Shown: in pieces, positions 8,418 through 17,300 of the stretch
Layout of the letters: each line of letters opens with the position of its first letter
How positions within the stretch are numbered: position 1 is the stretch's first letter
From: Chondromyces crocatus
GTDB taxonomy: Bacteria > Myxococcota_A > Polyangia > Polyangiales > Polyangiaceae
Assembly: GCF_001189295.1 (NCBI RefSeq)
Contig: NZ_CP012159.1
Span: forward strand, 9,969,856-10,001,855
Direction of reading: 5' to 3'
DNA length: 32,000 nt
Notes under the pieces: generated by a model
Seen by the model: the letters and a program-made list of their open reading frames with translations, nothing else
What the model was told of the DNA's origin: nothing
The model's database searches: none
Position numbers and translations under genes: made by a program

Positions 8418-9497
8418 CTAAGGCTCGCGGTTCACCTGTTCGAGGGAAGCCCGCAGGTAGTTCCGCGCCCGGATGGTGTACGGCCCATCGGCGTGGGCGT
8501 CGAGGTGGCGGCGGAACGCCTCGATGGCCGCCTCGTACTGCCCCAGGCGGTAGAGCACGACGCCTCGCGCCAGCTCTCTCGGGTAGGTGGAATCGAGCGC
8601 GGCGAGTTCGGTGATCTTCTTCAGCCGGTACTCATCGGCGCGGCGCTCGACGACGGCGCGCACGGACAGGGGAGCCGACGGCGTGAGGGCCGACGCGTCG
8701 TGGGCGGGATGGCGGAGCAAGAACTGGTAGAGGGCGCGCTCCTCGTCGAGCGTGGGCTCGAAGTCGGCGCCCTGCACGCCCACCACCCGGTTCCACCGCT
8801 TCTTGAACAGCACCGTCAGCGCGACGTCGTCGATCCGCAGGCGCCGCCCCTCCGGCTCCACCCAGCCACTCCTGCGCATCAGGCCCGGGAAATCGCCTGC
8901 CAGGCTCAGCAGCTCCTCGGTCACCTCCCCGGTCGTCTCCCAGTGACGCACCGCGCGCAAGAAGGCGCGCAGCTGCCAGGCACGGAGGGCGAGCACCTCG
9001 TCTTTTCCCCGGGCGAGCGCTGGTGGGAGCGCCACGACGAGATCGTTGCGGGCCGCCGCGAGCGCGCTGTCCTGGCGGGTGGGCTTCGCGTCGGCGAGAC
9101 CGAAGACGCGGAAGGCGGAGCCGAGCGCGCGAACGTCGACGTCGAGGACGCGCGGCATGGAAGAGGATGGGTCGAGCGTTTCGGCCAAGGCGCTGTCTGC
9201 CGCCATGACCCGACCGAGTGCGCGCATGTCGGCGAGAGGGAGCGGCACCTCGTGGGGCGTGACGGACCGGGGAACAGCAAGGATTGCCGCGGAGCCCGCG
9301 ATGAACACCGCCAGGACCGCGGGCTGCCAGCCTTCGATATGCCTGCGCCACCCACGCTCTCCCGGACGTGGTCCGCCGGATTGAAGAGACGAGGACTTGA
9401 CAGGTGTGCTCCCCGATCGAGACGATTGCGGCAACGCTTCGACCTCAGCAGGCCGGTTCACGCCAAAGGTGGCGCCCGGCCCGACGCTCGGTATCAC
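8418..9497 (-). CDS. Hypothetical membrane-anchored protein with a C-terminal TPR-like helix pair
   Basis: GTG start at 9497 (uncertain). One TM segment 'AVLAVFIAGSAAILAV'. C-terminus 'ELARGVVLYRLGQYEAAIEAFRRHLD'. High GC3. Confidence 0.55.
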   Translation of the reverse strand: MIPSVGPGATFGVNRPAEVEALPQSSRSGSTPVKSSSLQSGGPRPGERGWRRHIEGWQPAVLAVFIAGSAAILAVPRSVTPHEVPLPLADMRALGRVMAADSALAETLDPSSSMPRVLDVDVRALGSAFRVFGLADAKPTRQDSALAAARNDLVVALPPALARGKDEVLALRAWQLRAFLRAVRHWETTGEVTEELLSLAGDFPGLMRRSGWVEPEGRRLRIDDVALTVLFKKRWNRVVGVQGADFEPTLDEERALYQFLLRHPAHDASALTPSAPLSVRAVVERRADEYRLKKITELAALDSTYPRELARGVVLYRLGQYEAAIEAFRRHLDAHADGPYTIRARNYLRASLEQVNREP

Positions 9498-9570
9498 TAG
9501 GTCACGGTGAGGGGACGAGAAGACCCCTCACGCGAGCTAGTGTACCGCGGCGTGGCTGCCAAGGAGATCT

Positions 9571-9873
9571 GTGCGAGACCACCGACAGCACCCGCGCAAA
9601 TTCGTTCAGTCCACCGTCGCTTTCGAGACCGCGGAAGGTGCCCGCATCGAGGCCACCTGCCGCGACATCAGCCTGGGGGGGATGTTCATCGAGACCACCA
9701 CACCGACGCGCTTCGCCTCGAAGCTGACGCTGTACATGCCGCTCCCGGGCCTACCGAACACCGTGATCCACGCGACGGTGCGGTGGACGAAGCCCGACGG
9801 GATGGGCGTGCAATTCGGAGTGATGGGGGCGCGCGAGACGCACGCCCTGATGAAGCTCGTCAGCGACCTCTGA
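9571..9873 (+). CDS. Single-domain PilZ protein (predicted c-di-GMP receptor)
   Basis: GTG start with AAGGAG 4 nt upstream. The N-terminal 'RQHPR' (RxxxR) and 'DISLGGMF' (D/NxSxxG) are the two halves of the PilZ c-di-GMP binding signature. Confidence 0.85.
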   Translation: MRDHRQHPRKFVQSTVAFETAEGARIEATCRDISLGGMFIETTTPTRFASKLTLYMPLPGLPNTVIHATVRWTKPDGMGVQFGVMGARETHALMKLVSDL

Positions 9874-9972
9874 CGCCTGCGCCCACGCCGAGCGCAGGAG
9901 ACGGAGCGCGCGTGCCTCCGCGAAGGGGGCCTGCGCCCGCTGCCCCACGCGGCCAGCGTGGCGTGCCTGCGC

Positions 9973-11268
9973 TCAGTGCTCGATCACGATCGGGATGGCC
10001 ATCTCGCCCTCTCGCTCGGCGAGACGCGCCGCAAAAAGGAAGTGCGCGCAGGTCTGGAGCTCTGGCTTGAGTGGAGGATCGAAGCGAACACCGGACACCG
10101 ATCCATCGAGCCGCAGCGCGATGCGCAACGTGGATCGGATCGAGGTCTGCATGCTGGCGGAAGCCGCCGAGGTGCGCGACGCAAAGCAGGCAGCGAGTGT
10201 GGCCTGCACTTGCTGTCGAGACAGCGTGACACGCTCGGGCGTCGGGGCGGCGTCGCCTGTCGCGGCGCTGGCCTGCGCGAGCGGCTCGGTGCCCCCCGGG
10301 ACCGCATGGCTGCGCGCAGGACCGGACGGCCGCTCTCCCACGCTCGCGAGCGCCGTGCTCGCGGCCCCTGCGCGATGGGATGCGCTGGCCGATGTCGACG
10401 ACGCCGCGGATGAGGTGGAGAGCGCTGAACCGCTCGACGCCGGCGCGGCGAAGCGCGCCCCCTCCGAGAAGGACGGGTCGTGGCTCGCAGACGCCGAGGC
10501 ATGCATCCGCAGAGGGCTCCCTTCGAACGAGAACGTGCCACGCGAGGGCGCGATGAGCTGGACCGGCGCGCTCTCGCCAGGCGATGTAGCTCCCACGTCG
10601 ACCACGCCACGCGTCACGGACACCTCGATCCGATCGTCGGCGCGCACCACCTCGAAGATCGTGCCGCGCACCGTGACCCGGGCGCGCTCCACCTCCACCG
10701 CGAAGACCTCCTGAGGCGGCGAAGCCGGCCCCCTCGGTGTGACGTCCGCCCGCAGCGCCCCCCGCTCCAGCGCGACGACATACCGCACGGGATCCCCCGC
10801 AGCCTCCCGGACATGCGCGATCCCACCGCGCCCGAGCGTCCAGCGCACGACACCGGCATGCCTGAGCCCCAGGGGAGCATCCAGCGCCTCGACCCGAGTA
10901 CCCGGAGCGAGCGTCGAGAGGTCCAGGTCCTCGGGGGACCCGTCACCCGTCTCCACGTGAGCAAGCGCGGGCTCATCGAAGGCAGCCTCCGTGACGGGAG
11001 GGCTCGCGCGCCGGGTGGCCACCTGGATGCCCAGCGCAGCCGCAGCAGCCACAGCGACCAGCGCAAGGACGCGGCTCGCTCGGCGCAGGCCATGCGGCTT
11101 CCCGGGCATGTGCTCCATGAGCGACCCGTCCTCCCCCTGACGCTCCCCGTTCACCCGGGCGAGAAGAGCCCGCTCCATCCTGTCCCAGTCCGGCTCCGGC
11201 ACAGGCGCGGAGCGGAGCTCATCCTCCAGATGCTCGCGTGCACGCTCGAACCGTCGTCCGCCGGTCAT
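9973..11268 (-). CDS. FecR-domain anti-sigma factor with one TM segment and a two-Cys C-terminal domain (AgmX/PglI/TonB-C-like, tentative)
   Basis: The ATG overlaps the sigma gene stop (ATGA at 11265-11268). TM segment 'VLALVAVAAAAALGI'. FecR-like 'VALERGALRADVTP...VEVERARVTVRGTIFEVVRADDRIEVSVTRGVVDV'. Ser/Ala-rich linker. C-terminus '...LAACF...LRIALRLDGSVSGVRFDP...LQTCAHFLF'. Confidence 0.75.
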   Translation of the reverse strand: MTGGRRFERAREHLEDELRSAPVPEPDWDRMERALLARVNGERQGEDGSLMEHMPGKPHGLRRASRVLALVAVAAAAALGIQVATRRASPPVTEAAFDEPALAHVETGDGSPEDLDLSTLAPGTRVEALDAPLGLRHAGVVRWTLGRGGIAHVREAAGDPVRYVVALERGALRADVTPRGPASPPQEVFAVEVERARVTVRGTIFEVVRADDRIEVSVTRGVVDVGATSPGESAPVQLIAPSRGTFSFEGSPLRMHASASASHDPSFSEGARFAAPASSGSALSTSSAASSTSASASHRAGAASTALASVGERPSGPARSHAVPGGTEPLAQASAATGDAAPTPERVTLSRQQVQATLAACFASRTSAASASMQTSIRSTLRIALRLDGSVSGVRFDPPLKPELQTCAHFLFAARLAEREGEMAIPIVIEH

Positions 11269-11912
11269 GTGGCCTCCTTCTCCTCCCGAGCCCGCGCCTG
11301 CGGCTCGCCCCCCCGTGGTGCCTTCGCTTCGTCGGCCAGCTCCTCCGCGAGCTGCGCGAGCACTGGCTCCTCTCGCATCATCTGCTCGACCTCGCGCCGC
11401 GCGTAGAACAGGCGCGTCCTCACCGTGAGCAGCGGCGCGCCCACGATCGTCGCGATCTCCGCAGGAGGGAGCCCCTCCAGCTCATGGAGGATGTAGACGG
11501 TGCGCTTCTTCTCCGGGAGGCGATCCAGCAACCTGCGAAACGCCGCGATGCGTTGCTGCCTGACCACATCCTCATCGGGCATCGGGCGCTCGTCGAGCTG
11601 TCCCTCATCGATGGGACCTGCCGAGAGCGCAGGGCGGCTACGCGCCGCGCGGCGCGCCATCAGCACCACGTTCACGGTGACGCGATGGAGCCAGGTGCTG
11701 AACTTCGACTGCCCCCGAAACTCACCGAGGCTCCGGTGGACCTGGATGAACACTTCCTGGATCAGGTCCTCGCCGTCCGCCCCCGGGCCGACCATCTTGA
11801 AGACCAGACGCGCCACGTCGGCCCTGTGCCGGCGGAAGATCTCGGTGAACGCCGCCCGGTCCCCTCCCTGGAACCTGCGAACCAGCTCTCCGATGTCTTC
11901 GGACTCCGTCAC
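11265..11912 (-). CDS. ECF (group 4) sigma-70 family RNA polymerase sigma factor
   Basis: Region 2 'EDLIQEVFIQVHRSLGEFRGQSKFSTWLHRVTVN'. Region 4 'LPEKKRTVYILHELEGLPPAEIATIVGAPLLTVRTRLFYARRE'. I prefer the GTG at 11912 (VTESEDIGELV); the maximal ORF reaches 12053. Confidence 0.85.
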   Translation of the reverse strand: MTESEDIGELVRRFQGGDRAAFTEIFRRHRADVARLVFKMVGPGADGEDLIQEVFIQVHRSLGEFRGQSKFSTWLHRVTVNVVLMARRAARSRPALSAGPIDEGQLDERPMPDEDVVRQQRIAAFRRLLDRLPEKKRTVYILHELEGLPPAEIATIVGAPLLTVRTRLFYARREVEQMMREEPVLAQLAEELADEAKAPRGGEPQARAREEKEAT

Positions 11913-12278
11913 GGGCGAGAGCGTACCGCCCAGCCTCGAGGGCGATGAGCAGGAGAGTGTGGCCCCCCCTGCAGCGTCCACGGCGACGAAGAGGAGAGCA
12001 TCCACCAACCCCGTTGGTTGCACCCCGCCGGCGACACATTCACGACGCCACACACCGCCCCCTCACCGGCACCTCCCCGCGGCTCGATTCCCCCGAAATT
12101 TGGCCAGCAAGCGCGACTGGAGCGACCCTGCGACGCATGGTCTACATTGCCGTCTCGGTCGCAGTGGCCCTGGTGGCCGCTGATCTCCTCGATTTCACGT
12201 CCCGACGCCGACAGCTCCGCAAGAGCTGACGTCGACGCTGCGAGAGGGCAGCGCTCGCGCAGATCCGCCATCGGGAGC

Positions 12279-12300
12279 GCGCCACGTCATGACGTGGCGC
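12279..12300. promoter_or_regulatory. Perfect 22-bp palindrome GCGCCACGTCA|TGACGTGGCGC
   Basis: Read directly: 11+11 with no spacer and no mismatch. It is intergenic, between the stop of the small basic gene (12489) and the ECF sigma start. It could be an operator or a hairpin. Confidence 0.6.
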
Positions 12301-12307
12301 CTCCCGA

Positions 12308-12412
12308 GGCATCTCGTCTCTCGACGCAGCCTCGATCCTGAAGGCCCCTCGTCGCTCGACGAAGCCTCGATCCCGAGAGGGCCTCGTCTCTCGACGCGGC
12401 CTCGGTCCCGAG
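12308..12412. repeat. 35-bp tandem repeat x3 (about 80% identical), each with a short CGTC(N2-4)GACG dyad
   Basis: Units 12308-12342, 12343-12377 and 12378-12412 (..ctcgtctctcgacgcagcctcgatcc..), with a degenerate fourth copy after 12413. It is intergenic and the unit is not a multiple of 3. Confidence 0.8.
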
Positions 12413-12488
12413 CGCTGTCTCGCCTCACGACCACGACGACCACCCCCGGGCAGCCCGATGGGGGGCCGCCCGTGGAGCGGGAATCGTC

Positions 12489-12872
12489 TCAGCCCTCGGC
12501 GGCGGGCGACTCGTCCTTGCTCGTCGCGGCCTTCTTGTTCCCCTCGAAGAGGGCATGGAGCGTCACCGCCTCCTGCTTCTTCTGCTCCAGAAGGCGATTC
12601 ACGGCCTTGAGCAGCCGGGTCTTCACCGGACCGCTGAGCGTGCCACCCTTCAGCGCCGTGTCGATCGACCGCTGGGTGACCGGACGCCCGCTGCGCGGCT
12701 TCTTCGCCGCGAGGCCTTCCTTCTTCTTGTCCTCGCTGCGGCGCGCCTTTCGCTGCGCGAGCTTGATCGCGCGGTCCTCCGGCGTGAACCGCTCGATCGA
12801 GGCCGAAGCGGCCAGGATCCTGCGGGGGTCGATCTTCTTCTCCTTCAGGAAATCTTCGAACTTCGTCGCCAT
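12489..12872 (-). CDS. Small, highly basic Lys/Arg-rich hypothetical protein (127 aa)
   Basis: I place the start at ATG 12870-12872 (MATKFEDFLKEKK). High GC3 and no recognisable motif. The longer ORF to 12938 adds an Arg-rich junk-like leader. Confidence 0.55.
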   Translation of the reverse strand: MATKFEDFLKEKKIDPRRILAASASIERFTPEDRAIKLAQRKARRSEDKKKEGLAAKKPRSGRPVTQRSIDTALKGGTLSGPVKTRLLKAVNRLLEQKKQEAVTLHALFEGNKKAATSKDESPAAEG

Positions 12873-12973
12873 TCTCTTCACCCAGCCAGCCCCGACGCGG
12901 GGGGGGCGCACCCTAACACGAGCGGGGGCGCTGCGCACTAGTACCTACTGGCTCCGTGCGATAGGTTCACGCG

Positions 12974-13873
12974 ATGTCCGTGCTCCCCTTGCTGGAAGAG
13001 GCTGCCCGTGCCGTCCGGGCTCAGATCCAGGGCTCTGCCGCATCGTCCCCCCGGAGCGCGGGTGGACCCGAGGACGCGGCGACGCCCCGGGTGGGGGTGG
13101 TGCTCGGCTCCGGGCTCGGCGCCTGGGGCGACACGCTGGAAGGCCTGATCAAGGTCCCCTACGAGAACATCCCCAACATGCCCCGGCCCGCCGTGCTCGG
13201 TCACGCCGGCAACCTGTGCTTCGGGCGGGTGGACGGCGTACCCGTCGCGTGTCTCCAGGGACGTGTTCACCTCTACGAGGGGCACGCCACCGACAAGGCC
13301 GTGTTCGGCGTCCGCCTGCTGGCGAAGCTGGGATGTCGCGCCGTGCTGCTCACCAACGCGGCTGGCGGCATCAACGCCGCGTTCTCCCCCGGCGACCTGA
13401 TGCTGATCACCGATCACCTGAACCTCATGGGCGTGAACCCCCTGGTCGGACCCAACGATCCCGCCCTCGGGACACGCTTCCCCGACATGACCTACGCTCA
13501 TGATCCGCGCCTCCTGGAGCTGGCGCGCGCCGCATCGGCCGAGGCGCAGGTGGCGCTGCAGCAGGGCGTCTACGCCGCGCTGCTCGGCCCGACCTACGAG
13601 ACGCCGGCGGAGATCAGGATGCTCCGGGTGCTGGGCGCCGACGCGGTGGGCATGAGCACCGTCCCCGAGATCATCGCGCTCCGCCACATGGGCGTCCCCG
13701 CGGCGGCGATCTCGTGCGTGACCAACCTCGCCGCCGGGCTCACCCCCGCGGAGCTGAACCACGCCGAGGTGGAAGAGACGGCGCGCCAGTCCCGGGCGCG
13801 GTTCGTCAAGCTGCTCTCGACCTGGGTCCGACAGGTGGGCGCCGCGTCGATGGACTGGAGCGTCAAGACATGA
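12974..13873 (+). CDS. punA: Purine nucleoside phosphorylase, trimeric PunA/XapA type
   Basis: 'VLGSGLG', 'GHAGNLCFG', 'LLTNAAGG', 'LLGPTYETPAEIRMLRVLGADAVGMSTVPE' and 'CVTNLAAG'. Confidence 0.9.
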   Translation: MSVLPLLEEAARAVRAQIQGSAASSPRSAGGPEDAATPRVGVVLGSGLGAWGDTLEGLIKVPYENIPNMPRPAVLGHAGNLCFGRVDGVPVACLQGRVHLYEGHATDKAVFGVRLLAKLGCRAVLLTNAAGGINAAFSPGDLMLITDHLNLMGVNPLVGPNDPALGTRFPDMTYAHDPRLLELARAASAEAQVALQQGVYAALLGPTYETPAEIRMLRVLGADAVGMSTVPEIIALRHMGVPAAAISCVTNLAAGLTPAELNHAEVEETARQSRARFVKLLSTWVRQVGAASMDWSVKT

Positions 13874-14307
13874 GCGAACCGGAGAGCCCACCGATCGACT
13901 GGCGTGCGCTGGAGGAAGCTGCGCTCACCGTGCGGACGCGGGCCCACGCGCCGTACTCTGGCTACCACGTCGGCGCTGCGATCCTCGTGCGCTCCGGGCG
14001 CGTCTTCTCGGGATGCAATGTCGAGAACGCCACCTTCGGCCTGACGATCTGCGCGGAGCGATCCGCACTGGTCCAGATGGTCGCGGCCGGTGAGCGCGAT
14101 CCCGTCGCCGTGGTCGTCGCGACGCGCGGGCCGAGCGCAGCCGCTCCGTGCGGGATGTGCCGTCAGTCCCTCGCCGAGTTCGCGCTGGATCTCCCCATCC
14201 GCCTGATCGTCGCGCCGCCCCCTGGCGAAGCCGCGCAGGCCCCCAAGCTCACCTCACTGGCCGAGCTGCTCCCGGACGCTTTCCGGGGCGACGCGCTCTC
14301 ACGGTAG
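13870..14307 (+). CDS. cdd: Cytidine deaminase
   Basis: The ATG at 13870 overlaps the punA stop (ATGA). 'PYSGYHVGAA', 'CAERSAL' and 'PCGMCRQ' zinc-ligand motifs. Confidence 0.9.
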   Translation: MSEPESPPIDWRALEEAALTVRTRAHAPYSGYHVGAAILVRSGRVFSGCNVENATFGLTICAERSALVQMVAAGERDPVAVVVATRGPSAAAPCGMCRQSLAEFALDLPIRLIVAPPPGEAAQAPKLTSLAELLPDAFRGDALSR

Positions 14308-14318
14308 GAAGACGCGAC

Positions 14319-14357
14319 CAGGGCCCGCCGCGCCGCAAGGACGCACCGCGGGCCCTG
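14319..14357. terminator. Hairpin between convergent cdd and the frzS/aglZ-like gene (candidate bidirectional terminator)
   Basis: A 10-bp perfect stem, cagggcccgc (14319-14328) with gcgggccctg (14348-14357), and a 19-nt loop. The downstream U-tract is weak (ttcccc). Confidence 0.5.
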
Positions 14358-14376
14358 TTCCCCCCACCCCGCGACG

Positions 14377-17300
14377 TCACTCGATGGGACGCGCCTCGGC
14401 TTCCTGGATCTGCTCCATCGCCGCCGCGAGCGCCTGCCGCGCGCGCTCCAGGGACGCCCTGTCGTCGCCCCACTTGATGCGCGCCTTCTCCAGCCGCCTG
14501 CGCTCGATCGCGAGCTCGCTGGCTTGCTGCTCGGTCTGCGCCTGGAGCGCCGTGCGCTCCTCGGTCCGCGTCGCGAGCTGCTCCCTGAGCTCCCTGCCCT
14601 GCTCCTCGCTGCGCTCGAGCTGACCCCGGGTGTGTTCGAGCTGAAGGGTACGCTCGTCGAGCGCCCCCTGCAGCCGATCCCGCTCCTCGGTGCGCTGCGT
14701 GAGATCCGCCGTGCGCACGGAGAGTTCGTCGCTGGTGGAGCGCAGCGTCGCCTCCAGCGTCTCCCGGGCCGACGCCCAGGCGGCCTCGCGCTGTCCGAGT
14801 TCGGCCTCGCTCGTGGCGCGCAGATCCGCGAGTTCCTGAGCCGCGCGCGCTTCCGCCTGCTGCAACCGATCGGCAGCCTGGGCTTCCACCTCCGCGAGCT
14901 TCGCCGCGTGGCCGTCTTCGAGGGCCCTCGTCGCGCGCTCCCGCTCTTCCCCGAGCTCGCGCTCACGCGCCGCATGCGCGCTCCGCTCCGCCTGGAGCGC
15001 ACGCCCATGCTCGGCCCGGAGGGAGTCGAGTTCCGCGAGGTGCTCGGCCCGCAGCTCGTCGAGCTCCGCCTGATGCTCCGAGATCCGCGACGCCACCGAC
15101 TCGGCGTGCTCTCCTCGCAGCCGGTCCAGCGCCGCCGCGTGCTCTCCTTCGAGCCGCGCGACCGTCGCTCCGTGCTCCTGCCGCTGCGCTTCCAGAGCGT
15201 TCGCGTGCTCGGTGCGGAGCGTATCCACCGTGAGCACCTGCTCGCTGCGGAGCTGCTCGATCTCTCCCGCATGCTCCCGGCGAAGACCGTCGAGTGCCGC
15301 AACGCTCTCGCTGCGAAGCCCTTCGAACGCCGTGGCATGCTCGCTCCGGAGGGCATCCAGCGCCGCGCCATGCTCGCTCCGGAGTGCCTCCAGCCCTGCA
15401 GCATGCTCGCCGCGAAGCCGCTCGGTCTCACCCGCATGCTCACGACGGAGGCCGTCGATCTCGCCAGCATGCTCGCCGCGAAGCCGCTCGACCTCACCCG
15501 TGTGCTCGCCGCGAAGCCGCTCGGTCTCACCCGCGTGCTCACGACGAAGACCATCGATCTCGCCAGCATGCTCGCCGCGGAGCCGCTCGATCTCGCCGGC
15601 ATGTTCGCCGCGAAGCCCCTCCACCGCCGTGGCATGTTCTCCGCGGAGCTTCGCGAGATCCCCCGCGTGCTCTTCCCGGAGCGCTTCCACGGTGGCACCG
15701 TGCGCCGCCTTCTCCTGCTGGATCTGGCCCGCGTGCTCGGCGCTCAGCCGTTCGAGTTCCGCGCGATGGGCCTGGCTCGCCTCTTCCCGAGCTACTGCGG
15801 CGACCTGACGCTCCGTACCGACCGCCGCCTCGACCTCACGCCGCGCAGCCTCCTCGGCCGCAGCGAGTGCCTTCGACTGATCCTCTTGCGCGTCCCGCAG
15901 CGCTTGCGTGTGCGCTTGCTCGGCGTCCACCATCGCCTGGCGCGCCGCGGACAGCTCCCCGTCCCGCGCGGTGAGCTGCCCTTGCAGCTTCTCCCCTCGG
16001 GCCTTGAAGTCGTCGGCGCGCTTTGCGGCGAGTTCCTTGTCTGCTCGGAGTGCCCCGACCAGCGCGTCCAGCTCCTCGCGCGCACGCTCCAGTTCGAGGA
16101 TGCGGTCGACCTGGTCCGCCTTCTCGCGCTCCAGCGCGAGCGACTGATCCCGGGCATCCAGCAGCTCCTTTTCCTTGCGCGACATCTGATCGCGCAGGCC
16201 GAGGATCTCCTTGTCCTTCTTGTTCAGCGCCTCGCGCAGATCGAGGAACTCACGGCTGGACGTGGCGCCCGGCTTCGCCGCACCGGCGGCCAGACGCGCC
16301 TTCAGCTCATCCACCTCGCGCCGGAGCCGGGACGACTCACCGCCCGCCTCACTGGCACGCGACAGCTCGCCTTCCAGACGCAGCGCGCTCGCCTGAGACG
16401 AAGCGACCTCTTTGCTCAGCCGGACGACATCCGCCTTGGATCGGTCCAGCTCACCGCGGAGCCGCTCGATCTCCACCAGCTCGACGCTCGGGCGCGGCGC
16501 TCCGCTCGGCTCTGATGAAGCCACTGACGGCGCGCCGGGCGACGACCCTGCAGCCGGCGGGGCGGCCGAGGGAGCGGCATTGCCGATCGGGGTCGCGGAA
16601 GGACGCTCGTCCTCGTCGGTCATGATCCGCTCGAACGCACCACCGATGAACTCGTCCAGCTCATCGCCTTGCATCGAGCGGAGCGGTGGCCGTCCATCGG
16701 ATCCAGACGGCGGACCGCTGATGCTCCTCGGCCCACTTCCCGAGGGCGCGGACGACACCGGCGGTGGTGCCGACGCCACCACAGGCGGAGGCGGAGGCGC
16801 CACCACAGGCGGAGGCGGAGGCGCAGACACCGGCGGAGGCGCAGACACGGGCGGAGGCGGAGGCGCAGACACCGGCGGAGGCGGCGGCACGGGCGCCGAC
16901 GTCGGCGAGGACTTCGGTGCGATCGGCGCCGACGCCACCGACGCCACACCATGCTCATCGAACTGGAGCTTGGTGATCATCGTCGGCTCGGCGCTGTCCT
17001 CTTCGTCGTCCTCGTCGGGCTCGAGCATGTCGGCTTCGAGCATCTCCGCCTCGTCGATCATGATCGGCTCGGCCTCGTCTTCCGACGCGCCGAGCGGGAC
17101 CAGTGCGCGGATGTGCTCCAGCAGCTCACCGAACGCGATCGGCTTGCGCACGTAGTCGTCCGCGCGTGTCCGGAGCTTCCGGTGCTGCTCGAACGTCTCT
17201 TCGCTCGACTCACTCGACATGATGAGGAGCGGAATGTCCTTCAGCTGAGGGTCTTTCTTCAGCTTGTTGCATACCGAGAAGCCGTTCATGCGCGGCAGCT

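Noticed and set aside
7545-9500. Long plus-strand ORF (651 aa). The same issue applies to 18554..20545 (+), 16669..18786 (+), 14524..16515 (+), 6460..7857 (-), 2936..4153 (+), 8632..9351 (-) and 30511..31992 (-).
   Set aside because: All lie antisense or out of frame to genes with clear family motifs. They have Arg/Pro/Gly/Ala-dominated junk composition and no recognisable motifs. These are high-GC mirror ORFs.
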